From assembly GCA_029932605.1 (NCBI GenBank), contig JAOZPT010000042.1, forward strand, positions 1-22,360: a DNA stretch of 22,360 bases, written 5' to 3'. The first letter of the stretch is position 1. The number at the start of each line of letters is the position of its first letter. The stretch is from Candidatus Zixiibacteriota bacterium. Its GTDB lineage: Bacteria; Zixibacteria; MSB-5A5; UBA10806; 4484-95. Both the position numbers and the translations under genes were made by a program. The notes beneath the pieces are model-generated. The model saw only the letters and a program-made list of their open reading frames with translations, was not told where the DNA came from and searched no databases. Below, piece after piece: positions 1 through 9,681 of this stretch.

Positions 1-45
1 GATGCCCATGTTACGGCCCACTTAATACGGAACTCGATCTATGAA

Positions 46-1296
46 CTACCCATTCCTGCGCCTTGTATAAAGCGGGAACTTCTCACAAAGCTGGCCAACA
101 TCATCTCCCACTTTGCGGATTATATCGTCATTGTCGAGATTCTTTATTATCTTGGTGATAAAGTCAGCGATTGTATGCATCTCTTCAGTACCCATACCGC
201 GAGTTGTCACCGCCGGTGTGCCGATACGTATTCCGGAGGTTATAAATGGTTTCTGGGGGTCAAAAGGCACCGTGTTCTTGTTCACCGTGATGCCTGCCCG
301 CTCAAGCGCCTCTTCAACAACCTTGCCGGTGATTCCCTGCTCAATAAAGCTTAAAAGCATCAGGTGGGTATCGGTGCCGCCGCTTACGACATGGAATCCC
401 TCGTTAAGGAGGTCATTAGCCAGTGTTTTTGCGTTTTCTACAATCCGTTTTTGATATTCTTTAAATCCTGGCTGTAACGCCTCTTTAAATGCTACTGCTT
501 TAGCGGCTATTACATGCATCAATGGTCCACCCTGTATGCCGGGCATAACCTCACGGTCGAGGTCTTTAGCATATACTTTCTTGCACATAATAAGTCCCCC
601 CCTGGGACCGCGCAGGGTTTTATGAGTGGTGCTGGTAACGAAATCTGCATAGGGAATAGGGGAGGGGTGTAAGCCAGCTACGATTAAACCTGCTATATGA
701 GCGATATCTGCGACAAGGACTGCACCAACGGCATCCGCTACCTCACGAAACTTTTCGAAATCTAATATACGTGGATAAGCCGATGCGCCAGCTATAATGA
801 GTCTGGGCTTGGCTTTTTTGGCTACATCCATAAGTTCATCATAATCAATCGTCTCGGTTTTTTTGCTGACATTATAGGTAACCACGTTATATAATTTGCC
901 GGAGAAATTCACCGGATGACCGTGAGTAAGATGCCCGCCATGCGAGAGGTTCATGCCCAATATTGTATCTTGCGGTTTGAGAACGCACATATAGACCGCC
1001 ATATTAGCCTGAGAACCGGAATGAGGTTGCACATTTACATGTTCACAGCCGAAAAGCTCCTTGCATCGTTTGCGGGCAAGTATCTCCGCCTGGTCAACAT
1101 AGGTACAACCACCATAATATCTTTTTTTGGGGTAACCCTCGGCGTACTTATTGGTCATCACCGAGCCCATCGCTTCAAGCACCGCCTCGCTTGTAAAATT
1201 TTCCGAGGCGATTAATTCAAGCCCCTCGTGCTGGCGTATAGCCTCATTGCGAATGGCTTCATATATTTCAGGATCAGTCTCTTTTAAATATGACAT
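46..1296 (-). CDS. glyA: Serine hydroxymethyltransferase
   Basis: 416 aa ORF with SHMT motifs [41 protein letters not shown]-lysine motif [12 protein letters not shown] and SGIRIGTPA. Confidence 0.98.
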   Translation of the reverse strand: MSYLKETDPEIYEAIRNEAIRQHEGLELIASENFTSEAVLEAMGSVMTNKYAEGYPKKRYYGGCTYVDQAEILARKRCKELFGCEHVNVQPHSGSQANMAVYMCVLKPQDTILGMNLSHGGHLTHGHPVNFSGKLYNVVTYNVSKKTETIDYDELMDVAKKAKPRLIIAGASAYPRILDFEKFREVADAVGAVLVADIAHIAGLIVAGLHPSPIPYADFVTSTTHKTLRGPRGGLIMCKKVYAKDLDREVMPGIQGGPLMHVIAAKAVAFKEALQPGFKEYQKRIVENAKTLANDLLNEGFHVVSGGTDTHLMLLSFIEQGITGKVVEEALERAGITVNKNTVPFDPQKPFITSGIRIGTPAVTTRGMGTEEMHTIADFITKIIKNLDNDDIIRKVGDDVGQLCEKFPLYTRRRNG

Positions 1297-1742
1297 TATT
1301 TTTTTCCTTTATCATAATCATTTATTTTACTGACTCTTCGTTGGTGCCGACCACCTTCAAAATCGGTATTGAGGAATTTATTTAGAATTTCATTTAACAA
1401 ATTTTCGGGGGTAAACATCTCAGAAAGGACAAGAACATTGGCATCGTTATGGGCACGGGCAAGCTCTGCCATTTCAGGGTTGATTGCCAGGCCAGCCCTG
1501 ATGCCTTTTACTTTGTTGGCAATCATCATCATGCCATTTCCCGAACCACAGATTGCAATGCCGTAATCGACTTCTTTTTTAATTACAGATTCAGCTACCT
1601 GTCGGCCAAAATCGGGATAATCGACACTGTCCTTAGAAAAGGTGCCAAAATCTTTTACCTTTATCCCTTTTTCTTCAAGTAAGGTTTTTATCTTTTCCTT
1701 ATATTTGAAACCTCTGTGGTCAGCACCAATCGATATTTTCAT
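1296..1742 (-). CDS. rpiB: Ribose-5-phosphate isomerase B (RpiB/LacA/LacB family)
   Basis: Motifs [35 protein letters not shown] and [10 protein letters not shown]. Start set at ATG 1742 (MKISIG), which overlaps the ilvE TGA stop (ATGA). Its TAA stop overlaps the glyA ATG (TAATG). Confidence 0.95.
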   Translation of the reverse strand: MKISIGADHRGFKYKEKIKTLLEEKGIKVKDFGTFSKDSVDYPDFGRQVAESVIKKEVDYGIAICGSGNGMMMIANKVKGIRAGLAINPEMAELARAHNDANVLVLSEMFTPENLLNEILNKFLNTDFEGGRHQRRVSKINDYDKGKK

Positions 1743-2662
1743 TCTACGTATGTCAGCCAATTGTATTTATCCTCGTAACCCTCTTCAAAGATACTAAAAA
1801 AGGCTTTTTGTAGTGCAGTTGTTACTGGACCTCTTTTACCCTCACCAACTTTTATGCCGTCGATAGACGATATTGGAGTGATCTCTGCAGCTGAACCTGT
1901 GAAAAATACCTCGTCTGCTATATAAAGCGCCTCACGGGGAATTTGTTCTTCTATAACCTTTATATTCATATCCGTAGCTATGTGAATTATTGTATTGCGG
2001 ATGATTCCTGGTAGTATTGATGCCCCAAATGGTGGAGTTATCAAGGCCCCATCGCGGACTATAAATATATTTTCTCCAGACCCCTCGGAAACATGGCCAA
2101 AAACATCAAGGGCGATTCCCTCGACATAACCGTGATTTATCGCCTCCAGTTTGATTAGCTGGGAGTTCATGTAATTGGCAGAGGCCTTAGCCATATCTGG
2201 CATTGTACCAGGAGCATTACGTCGCCAAGAACTAACACATACCGGCACACCTTTTTCAAGCGCCTCCGGGCCAAGATATTTACCCCAAGGCCATACTGCA
2301 ATCGCCACATCGATTGGAACACCAGTAGGGTCTACTCCTAAATTCTCATAACCACGAAAGACAACAGGCCTTATATAACACTCATCAAGTTTATTTATTT
2401 TTATAAGGTCAATAATGGCTTTATTTATCTCCTCTTTGGTAAATGGAATATCTATACGGTAAATTTTACAGGAATCAAACAATCTGTTTGTATGTTCCTT
2501 AAGGCGGAAAATTGCTGGGGCCCTCTTGGTCTTATAACAACGCGCCCCCTCAAAAAGAGCCGAACCATAATGAATAACATGGGAAAGAACATGTATCTTG
2601 GCATCATCCCAATTGACCATTTCTCCATTGAACCATATTTTCTCTGTTTTATTAAAAGGCAT
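1739..2662 (-). CDS. ilvE: Branched-chain amino acid aminotransferase (fold-type IV PLP)
   Basis: 307 aa with [17 protein letters not shown] lysine in [20 protein letters not shown] and [22 protein letters not shown] lies just upstream on the minus strand. Confidence 0.95.
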   Translation of the reverse strand: MPFNKTEKIWFNGEMVNWDDAKIHVLSHVIHYGSALFEGARCYKTKRAPAIFRLKEHTNRLFDSCKIYRIDIPFTKEEINKAIIDLIKINKLDECYIRPVVFRGYENLGVDPTGVPIDVAIAVWPWGKYLGPEALEKGVPVCVSSWRRNAPGTMPDMAKASANYMNSQLIKLEAINHGYVEGIALDVFGHVSEGSGENIFIVRDGALITPPFGASILPGIIRNTIIHIATDMNIKVIEEQIPREALYIADEVFFTGSAAEITPISSIDGIKVGEGKRGPVTTALQKAFFSIFEEGYEDKYNWLTYVE

Positions 2663-2866
2663 AAATCCTCCCTGAACTGAATTTTGTTATCATCAAGATA
2701 CAATATAATAGAGTGTTACAATTTCTGGCAACTAAAATCAGAACTAAAAATATTGTTTTTAAGTAACTAAAAGTATGTTTATTTTTTAGTAAAACATATT
2801 GAATACAATAACGAAATGTTGCATTATTAGAACCGATGTTGATTAAAATAGTAAGTAATTTGGAAT

Positions 2867-3643
2867 ATGACCCCGTTAAGAAATAAATATTGTCCAACCA
2901 CATTTATCCTGGTTGTCCTTATATTTGTTTTTACATGTGGTCCTAAGCCAACACCCCAATCAAAGTTCAAAAACTTCCTTCAGGAAGCCTCTGATAAGGT
3001 TTCTGAGGGTGACTATGAAAATGCCCTCAAATACTATCGGAAAGCTCTGAAAATCAACTATAAAGAACCTCAATTATACAGGGAGATGGCGTATTGTTTC
3101 GAAAAGATGAGCATGAACGACAGCGCCATAACCTATTATGAAGGCGCCATAGTTTTCAATCCCAAAGACATTGACTCCTACCAGTCAATCGGTAATATCT
3201 ATTACAAGCAAAAAATGTATCATGAGGCAATGACATGGTATGATCGGGGGATGGAACTGGGGTATCTTTATCCCCAAAACTACTGCAGGTTAGCCTCCAT
3301 ATATTACAGATGGGGAGAATACGATAGGGCTAAAGATTATTATAAAAATGCTATTATGGTGGATTCCTCCTTTAGTGAGGCTTATTACGGTTTAGGTTTG
3401 GTGAATTATTTATCTGGCGATACCGTTATGGCAGAAACTTATTTTCTTTCTGCATTCGATACAGGACCTAATCCCAATTCTGCTTTTATGCTTGGAAAAA
3501 TATTTTTCGAACACGATCAATTTGCTAAGGCGGAAAAATGGTTTGACTCCTATTTAGAGCTTGACCCCAATGGTGATTTTTCCTATAAAGCGAAAGAGTA
3601 TAAAAGAATCATTATGATTAGAAGAAGATCCGGTGAGAAATAG
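2867..3643 (+). CDS. Tetratricopeptide-repeat protein, probable lipoprotein or exported protein
   Basis: About 6 TPR-like 34-aa units (e.g. GDYENALKYYRKALKIN, SYQSIGNIYYKQKMYHEAMTWYDRG, AYYGLGLVNYLSGD). Hydrophobic N-terminal stretch ends in FVFT-C, a lipobox-like motif. Exact start uncertain. Confidence 0.8.
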   Translation: MTPLRNKYCPTTFILVVLIFVFTCGPKPTPQSKFKNFLQEASDKVSEGDYENALKYYRKALKINYKEPQLYREMAYCFEKMSMNDSAITYYEGAIVFNPKDIDSYQSIGNIYYKQKMYHEAMTWYDRGMELGYLYPQNYCRLASIYYRWGEYDRAKDYYKNAIMVDSSFSEAYYGLGLVNYLSGDTVMAETYFLSAFDTGPNPNSAFMLGKIFFEHDQFAKAEKWFDSYLELDPNGDFSYKAKEYKRIIMIRRRSGEK

Positions 3644-3673
3644 ACTTAAATATAATACAACATAATTCACCTG

Positions 3674-3702
3674 TTGACAATTAAGATATTATGATATAAC
3701 TT
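3674..3702 (+). promoter_or_regulatory. Putative sigma70-type promoter for leuS
   Basis: Perfect TTGACA at 3674-3679, with TAACTT 17 bp downstream (or TGaTATAAC at 3692-3700). The AT-rich context lowers specificity. Confidence 0.45.
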
Positions 3703-3838
3703 CACGCCTATATATGGAAACCGGCTATAAATTTTCGGTTTCCTGACGATTGATTATGTAAATATATTTATATCGATTTGTTTTTATTGAGGTGTGAAAA
3801 GAAAAAATAAGCGACTTACTTCGGTCTGAGTTAATGAA

Positions 3839-6319
3839 ATGAATAATAAGCCCCCAAGATATTACCCCTTTGCCGAGATCGAGTCTAAATGGCAAAAGAT
3901 ATGGAAAGAAAAAGGGTTATATAATACCGACCTTGATAAAACCGATAAAAAACTGTATTGTCTGACAATGTATCCTTATCCATCGGGTGAGGCGATGCAT
4001 ATCGGCCACTGGTATAACTATGGTCCTACCGATACCTGGGCACGTCTTAAGAGGATGCAGGGCTATAATGTATTTGAGCCAATGGGTTATGATGCTTTTG
4101 GACTTCCTGCGGAAAACTACGCTATTGAACATGGTATTCATCCTGCTATTTCGACAAAGAAAAATATAGATTATTTTCGCTCCCAGCTTGGGCAGATAGG
4201 GACGATGATAGACTGGAACTCTGAATTTAGCACTTGTGATCCTGATTACTATAAGTGGACACAATGGATATTCATAAAACTATTCGAAATGGGTTTGGCA
4301 TATCGCAAAAAAGCGCCAGTTAACTGGTGTCCGCAATGCAATACTGTGCTTGCCAATGAACAGGCTAGCAATGGCCGATGCGAGAGATGCGAATCAGAGG
4401 TCACCAGGAAAGACCTCACTCAGTGGTTTTTCAGGATAACTGCTTATGCAGAGAGGCTTCTTGAGGGACATGATAAACTTGACTGGCCGGATAAAACTAT
4501 CACAATGCAAAGAAACTGGATTGGCCGTTCAGAAGGCACTGAGGTCACCTTTATAGAAGAAAAAACAGGGGAGAGGATACCTGTTTTCACCACCAGAGCA
4601 GATACTCTCTTTGGCGTCACTTATATGGTTTTAGCTCCTGAACATCCTTTTGTCGAAAAGCTTACCGCCGATGAATATGAGCAAAAAGTTAAGGATTATC
4701 AAAACAAGGCCCGCAAGGTTACGGAGATAGACAGGTTATCGGTGGTGCGCGAGAAAACAGGCGAGTTTATTGGTGCTTATTGTGTAAATCCAATCAATGG
4801 TGAAAAAGTGCCAATATGGATTTCCGATTATGTGCTTATGTCATATGGTACTGGTGCTGTTATGGCTGTTCCCGGTCATGACCAACGTGATTATGAGTTT
4901 GCTCATAAATTCAACCTTCCGATTAAACCAGTTATATCACCCCCAGGAGAAAAAGAGGTTGATCTCTCAAATCAGGCTTATGTTGAATATGGTAAGTTGA
5001 TTAATTCTGGTGAATTCACAGGGCTATCGTCCAAGGAAGCGATAAAAAAAATAAATTCCAAGCTTGAAAATATAGGTCTTGGTAAAAGCACGGTTAGCTA
5101 TCGTCTTCGTGACTGGCTTATCTCGAGACAAAGATATTGGGGAGCCCCCATTCCGATTGTTTTTTGTGATAAATGCGGTGAGGTTGCAGTTCCAGAAAAA
5201 GATCTACCTGTGCTTCTACCTGAGATAAATGACTTCCGTCCAACTCATACCGGTGAATCGCCGCTTGCCAGGTGTCACGAGTTCGTAAACGTGAAATGCC
5301 CTAAATGCGGTAACTCCGCTAAAAGGTCTACAGAGACCATGGACACTTTTGTAGACTCATCATGGTATTTCCTGCGTTATGTTGACCCTAAGTATAAAGA
5401 TGGACCTTTCAATCCTGAGAGAGTAAAAAGATGGCTTCCGGTTGACTTCTATGTGGGTGGCGCCGAACATGCAGTAATGCACCTTATGTATGCTAGGTTT
5501 ATAACCATGTGTCTGCACGATATGGGGTACATTCATTTTAATGAACCATTTTTAAAACTCAGACATCAAGGAACTATAACCAACAAGGGGGCCAAGATAT
5601 CTAAATCTAGGGGTAACGTCATCAATCCTGATAGTTTTATTGAAAAATATGGATCTGATACTTTCAGGATTTATTTGATGTTTATGGGTTCCTATTCTGA
5701 AGGCGGGGACTGGGATGACTCGGGTATTAATGGAGTAGCTAGATTTATGGGAAGAGTTTATCGTCTTCTTGAAAAACATCTGGATGGGATAATATCGGTT
5801 ACATCAATATCATACGATAACATAGAAAGTAACGATAATGACTTAAAGTATTACTTGAACTATACAATCAAAAAGGTCAGTTCGGATATCGATACACTTG
5901 ATTATAATACCGCTATAGCTGCTATGATGGAATTCCTTAATCTTCTTTATAAACGATCTGAATCCGGTGATAATTCAAATCTATTTTATTTTTCATTGTT
6001 GAAATATACACAACTTATTGCACCATTGGCTCCACATTTTGCCGAGGAATACTGGTGGCGTTTTGGCTATAATACTTCAATATTCGATAGTAAATGGCCT
6101 GAATATGACCAAAAGGCATTGATAACAGAGAAAATAACTGTTGTTGCCCAGGTAAATGGACGTTTGAGAGGTTCTTTTGAGGTGCCTAAAGAGATAACCA
6201 AAGAGAAACTCCTTGAAATAGTGAAAATGGACGAGAAAGTATCAAAACATATCGCTGGCAAGAAAGTAGTAAAAGAAATATTTGTTCCGGGTAAACTGAT
6301 AAACATAGTGGTAAAATAG
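3839..6319 (+). CDS. leuS: Leucine--tRNA ligase
   Basis: 826 aa class I synthetase: MYPYPSG..HIGH, GYDAFGLPAENYA, Zn knuckles CPQC/CERC and CDKC/CPKC, CP1 editing motifs FTTRADT and GTGAVMAVPGHDQRD, DWLISRQRYWG, a KMSKS variant KISKS, and C-terminal QVNG...VPGKLINIV. Confidence 0.98.
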   Translation: MNNKPPRYYPFAEIESKWQKIWKEKGLYNTDLDKTDKKLYCLTMYPYPSGEAMHIGHWYNYGPTDTWARLKRMQGYNVFEPMGYDAFGLPAENYAIEHGIHPAISTKKNIDYFRSQLGQIGTMIDWNSEFSTCDPDYYKWTQWIFIKLFEMGLAYRKKAPVNWCPQCNTVLANEQASNGRCERCESEVTRKDLTQWFFRITAYAERLLEGHDKLDWPDKTITMQRNWIGRSEGTEVTFIEEKTGERIPVFTTRADTLFGVTYMVLAPEHPFVEKLTADEYEQKVKDYQNKARKVTEIDRLSVVREKTGEFIGAYCVNPINGEKVPIWISDYVLMSYGTGAVMAVPGHDQRDYEFAHKFNLPIKPVISPPGEKEVDLSNQAYVEYGKLINSGEFTGLSSKEAIKKINSKLENIGLGKSTVSYRLRDWLISRQRYWGAPIPIVFCDKCGEVAVPEKDLPVLLPEINDFRPTHTGESPLARCHEFVNVKCPKCGNSAKRSTETMDTFVDSSWYFLRYVDPKYKDGPFNPERVKRWLPVDFYVGGAEHAVMHLMYARFITMCLHDMGYIHFNEPFLKLRHQGTITNKGAKISKSRGNVINPDSFIEKYGSDTFRIYLMFMGSYSEGGDWDDSGINGVARFMGRVYRLLEKHLDGIISVTSISYDNIESNDNDLKYYLNYTIKKVSSDIDTLDYNTAIAAMMEFLNLLYKRSESGDNSNLFYFSLLKYTQLIAPLAPHFAEEYWWRFGYNTSIFDSKWPEYDQKALITEKITVVAQVNGRLRGSFEVPKEITKEKLLEIVKMDEKVSKHIAGKKVVKEIFVPGKLINIVVK

Positions 6320-6403
6320 GGGAGTAATTTAGAAATTAAAAAAAGAGATTTAGTTAATTATAATGATACATAATATATCTTATAGGACATATTGATTTGT
6401 GAT

Positions 6404-8500
6404 TTAAACCATCCAGAAAGTCTTTATTGCCAAATCCGGCCTTAAGGGTATAGTATCAACAACAGGCCATTTCTCAACCTCTATTTGTCCTTTATATATA
6501 CTTACCTTAAACGATGATAATTCTCCACCTACTTCCTTTGAATAAAAAGCAACCTCAAGTATCCGATTGAAGCCCCAATCGAGATATTCTATTTTTTTAT
6601 TTGATTTCATTGTCCCGTTTTCAAAAATAATCTCAAAACCTTCAGGCTGTGTCATCTCGAATTTTATTTTCAAAGAGGACAGGTCTGTTCCGACAGCAGG
6701 ATCGATACGTATATAAACTTCTCCTTTTTTCCCATAACCATAATAAATCCCCTTAATCAACCTTTCGGCTTTATGCATTGTCGAGCCGGCTTTTCGGCAA
6801 TCAAAGAAACCACCATTCATCCATTCATAATAATGGGTTAATTCCCCATCAATTTTGGGCATTATGAAGTCGACTGGCTCCAAAAGATGAGCTCTTATAA
6901 AATCTTTTCTAATGGGTTTGAATAGTACCGGTGGAACTGTAAGGCCAAGAATCCTGTAAACATTTTTAAGGTGAGAACGGTAAAGCTGATCGAAACGGTC
7001 GTTATCGGGGCTATGATGTTCATCACCAAACCACCAACACCAATCCGAGCCCTCAGCGATAAGTATTTCTTTATGAGCTAATTGATATTTTTCGGTACCT
7101 TCTGGATATTTATCCAACTCCTGCCTGGCTTCATATAGCAAGTCCCAAGCCCTGTTATCCTCAGGATGGCCGATCCAGACACTGAAATCATGGTTAATCC
7201 AACTTCCTGGATAAAGTTTGTTTAAAGAGGGTATATTATCGATATTATTAATTACTTCAGAGAAAGTTGCCGTTTTTATTGATGGATGTTCGGATAATCT
7301 GGTATAGAGAGCTTTCAGGAAATCATGCCCATCATTTGGAAAGTATTCCCATGCGTTTTCGCCGTCTAAAGCAATACACACTATAGCCTCGGGTTTATTG
7401 TTAGCATTCAGATTATTCTCTATTTTCTCCAACCTGGTTATGAAATCATCAGCCGCTTTTTGAGGGGCCATACGTGAATAGACGAAACCTATCAAATCAG
7501 AGAGAGCATGGTCCCTGAAGAAAATATGAATGGGTTTTTCCTTTATCTTTAAACTGTAAGGTTTATATAAATCACCATCTTTTATCAGAGAATCATCTCC
7601 ACTACCTCTTATGCTTTTACCCAAACTTAACGCCAGTATCTCCTCGTCAGTAGCTATCCACTGTATACCAGCATCGACCAGTATCGGTATGATTTGTTCC
7701 GATACAGATCCCTCCGACGGCCACATTCCCCGCGGCTTAAAACCAAATTTATCCTTAAAATATTCAACTGCCATATTTACATGGGCTATGACATCCTCCG
7801 GACGATGGAAATGATGTTGCGGTAATTCCATTTGGGGATGGTTTTCATGAGCAATGGTAGAGTCCATTAATAAAGGTAATATGGGATGAAAATAAGGACT
7901 TACCGATAATTCTATCTGCCCCTTTTGCGCCATCTCTTTATACTTGGGGATTATTTTACTTAGAACTTTTTGTTGGAAGGTAAGTAATTCTATCTTATCC
8001 TCTTCCGAAAAGCCTCTCTCTTTTTCCAACAATGTCTTGATAGGTTCCGAGTCAAAAAACATTGGGTCTATCCAGGCTAAGTTTGACCAGACTTGTAAAT
8101 CACGGTAATCTTCCTCGGAAAAACCTTCTTTACCAACCTTATTTTTCAGGTCATACAGCTCGGTATACCTTTTGTGAACTGCGATTATAGTCTCATAATT
8201 TACTTTAAAAAAGCCAGCTAGAATTTCATCTTTCTCGGCACTATTCAACGACGAGGCTGATTTTCTGGATAGCTCAAGGTGGTCATCAACCGCCTCTCCC
8301 CTACCGTATTCTTCGATCTGCTCTAAAAGCGAGGGAACAAGGTTAAAGGTTTGTTTTATATTGGGAAACTGGTCGAGAATGGCAACCATATCGTAGTAAT
8401 CCTTGGTCCCATGAAGACGCACCCAGGGCATTTCATATCGGCCATTTACCAGATTTTTATAAAATGGCTGATGCATGTGCCATAATATTACAAGTTTCAT
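6404..8500 (-). CDS. Glycoside hydrolase family 57 protein (alpha-amylase/amylopullulanase-like)
   Basis: 698 aa with GH57 conserved regions HMHQP, HPILP, WPSEG (nucleophile Glu), LDGENAW (acid/base Asp) and AEGSDWCWW. No signal peptide, so probably cytoplasmic (glycogen turnover, inferred). Confidence 0.9.
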   Translation of the reverse strand: MKLVILWHMHQPFYKNLVNGRYEMPWVRLHGTKDYYDMVAILDQFPNIKQTFNLVPSLLEQIEEYGRGEAVDDHLELSRKSASSLNSAEKDEILAGFFKVNYETIIAVHKRYTELYDLKNKVGKEGFSEEDYRDLQVWSNLAWIDPMFFDSEPIKTLLEKERGFSEEDKIELLTFQQKVLSKIIPKYKEMAQKGQIELSVSPYFHPILPLLMDSTIAHENHPQMELPQHHFHRPEDVIAHVNMAVEYFKDKFGFKPRGMWPSEGSVSEQIIPILVDAGIQWIATDEEILALSLGKSIRGSGDDSLIKDGDLYKPYSLKIKEKPIHIFFRDHALSDLIGFVYSRMAPQKAADDFITRLEKIENNLNANNKPEAIVCIALDGENAWEYFPNDGHDFLKALYTRLSEHPSIKTATFSEVINNIDNIPSLNKLYPGSWINHDFSVWIGHPEDNRAWDLLYEARQELDKYPEGTEKYQLAHKEILIAEGSDWCWWFGDEHHSPDNDRFDQLYRSHLKNVYRILGLTVPPVLFKPIRKDFIRAHLLEPVDFIMPKIDGELTHYYEWMNGGFFDCRKAGSTMHKAERLIKGIYYGYGKKGEVYIRIDPAVGTDLSSLKIKFEMTQPEGFEIIFENGTMKSNKKIEYLDWGFNRILEVAFYSKEVGGELSSFKVSIYKGQIEVEKWPVVDTIPLRPDLAIKTFWMV

Positions 8501-8721
8501 ATCAACCTTTCATCTGGTGATGTTTCATGACATTTAACCTTATCAACCTCTTCCCTATTACCTTGTTTATAATACAAAAATCGATGTTTTGGCAATTAAT
8601 AAAGCAATAATTCTACTCAAATTTACATTAATTTAAGTATATTATTTAACATTGTTTTTTACCCATTAATGTCTATTTAATCTTTACAATCTATTAAAAA
8701 AATTATATCTTAAGCTCGAGA

Positions 8722-8739
8722 TTGTGAAAAAGTTCGCTT
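8722..8739. promoter_or_regulatory. Possible Rex-like (or CRP/FNR-family) operator upstream of hbd
   Basis: TTGTGAA-AAAG-TTCGCTT versus the Rex consensus TTGTGAA-N4-TTCACAA: left arm 7/7, right arm 4/7. Confidence 0.3.
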
Positions 8740-8802
8740 GATTTAAGCGGCCTGTTGTGTAATTATCTTGTGTATAAATAAGTTCTGCAAAATGGAGGAT
8801 TC

Positions 8803-9657
8803 GTGAATATAAAAGATGTAGCTGTAATAGGCGGAGGCACAATGGGCAATGGTATCGCCCACGTCTTCGCCCAGAACGGTTTTGAGATACTTTTAGTTGA
8901 TGTTAAAAGTGAATATCTGGATAGAGCACTTGCCCAAATCCAGAAAAATCTTGAACGCCAGGCCAAGAAAGGAACGATACCACATACAACTATATCCAAA
9001 ACAATGGCAAGAATAAACCCTACTGTAAAGCTGGAGGAAGTAGAAAAAGCTGACTTAGTGGTTGAGGCAATTTTCGAAAATATAGCTATCAAAAAGGAGA
9101 TTTTTCAAAGGCTTGATGGTATATGTCCAGAACATACTATCTTGGCTTCAAACTCCTCTTCCCTGCCAATTACCGCCATTGCATCGGCAACGAAAAGACC
9201 AAGTAAAGTTATTGGTATGCACTTTATGAACCCTGTACCCATGATGAAATTAGTCGAGCTCATTCGAGGTATTGCAACCTCCGATGATACTTTCAACATA
9301 ATAAAAGACTTGTGCTTAAAGCTTGACAAAACACCGGTTGAGGTCAACGATTACCCTGGGTATATTTCAAACCGTTTACTGATGCCAATGATCAATGAAG
9401 CGATATATTGTTTAATGGAGGGTATTGCCAAAGCAGAGGATATTGATACTGTAATGAAACTGGGTATGAACCACCCGATGGGTCCGTTGACGCTGGCTGA
9501 TTTTATCGGGCTCGACGTTTGTTTGGCCATTATGGAGGCTTTATACGAAGGTTATGCCGATTCCAAGTACCGTCCTTGCCCGCTTTTGAAAAGGATGGTG
9601 CAAGCAGGATACCTTGGAAAGAAAACAGGTAGGGGTTTTTACAATTACCAGAAATAA
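8803..9657 (+). CDS. hbd: 3-hydroxybutyryl-CoA (3-hydroxyacyl-CoA) dehydrogenase
   Basis: GTG start with GGAGGA RBS. Rossmann GGGTMGNG, VVEAIFE, ASNSSS, catalytic HFMNP..M.LVE, NHPMGPL.LAD.IGLD and GKKTGRGFY. Confidence 0.93.
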   Translation: MNIKDVAVIGGGTMGNGIAHVFAQNGFEILLVDVKSEYLDRALAQIQKNLERQAKKGTIPHTTISKTMARINPTVKLEEVEKADLVVEAIFENIAIKKEIFQRLDGICPEHTILASNSSSLPITAIASATKRPSKVIGMHFMNPVPMMKLVELIRGIATSDDTFNIIKDLCLKLDKTPVEVNDYPGYISNRLLMPMINEAIYCLMEGIAKAEDIDTVMKLGMNHPMGPLTLADFIGLDVCLAIMEALYEGYADSKYRPCPLLKRMVQAGYLGKKTGRGFYNYQK

Positions 9658-9681
9658 TCACTTATAACGAGGAATGATAAA

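Noticed and set aside
1743..1760. Longer rpiB start given by the ORF track (1760); likewise fabL at 17083
   Set aside because: The family N-termini, the ATGA coupling (rpiB) and the RBS plus promoter (fabL) favour 1742 and 17026.
2652..2903. 83-aa minus-strand ORF in the ilvE/TPR divergent spacer
   Set aside because: AT-rich low-information translation overlapping both flanking starts; the region is better explained as a divergent promoter spacer.
3644..3838. T-box riboswitch upstream of leuS
   Set aside because: No T-box antiterminator motif, specifier stem or U-tailed terminator, and the leader is short.
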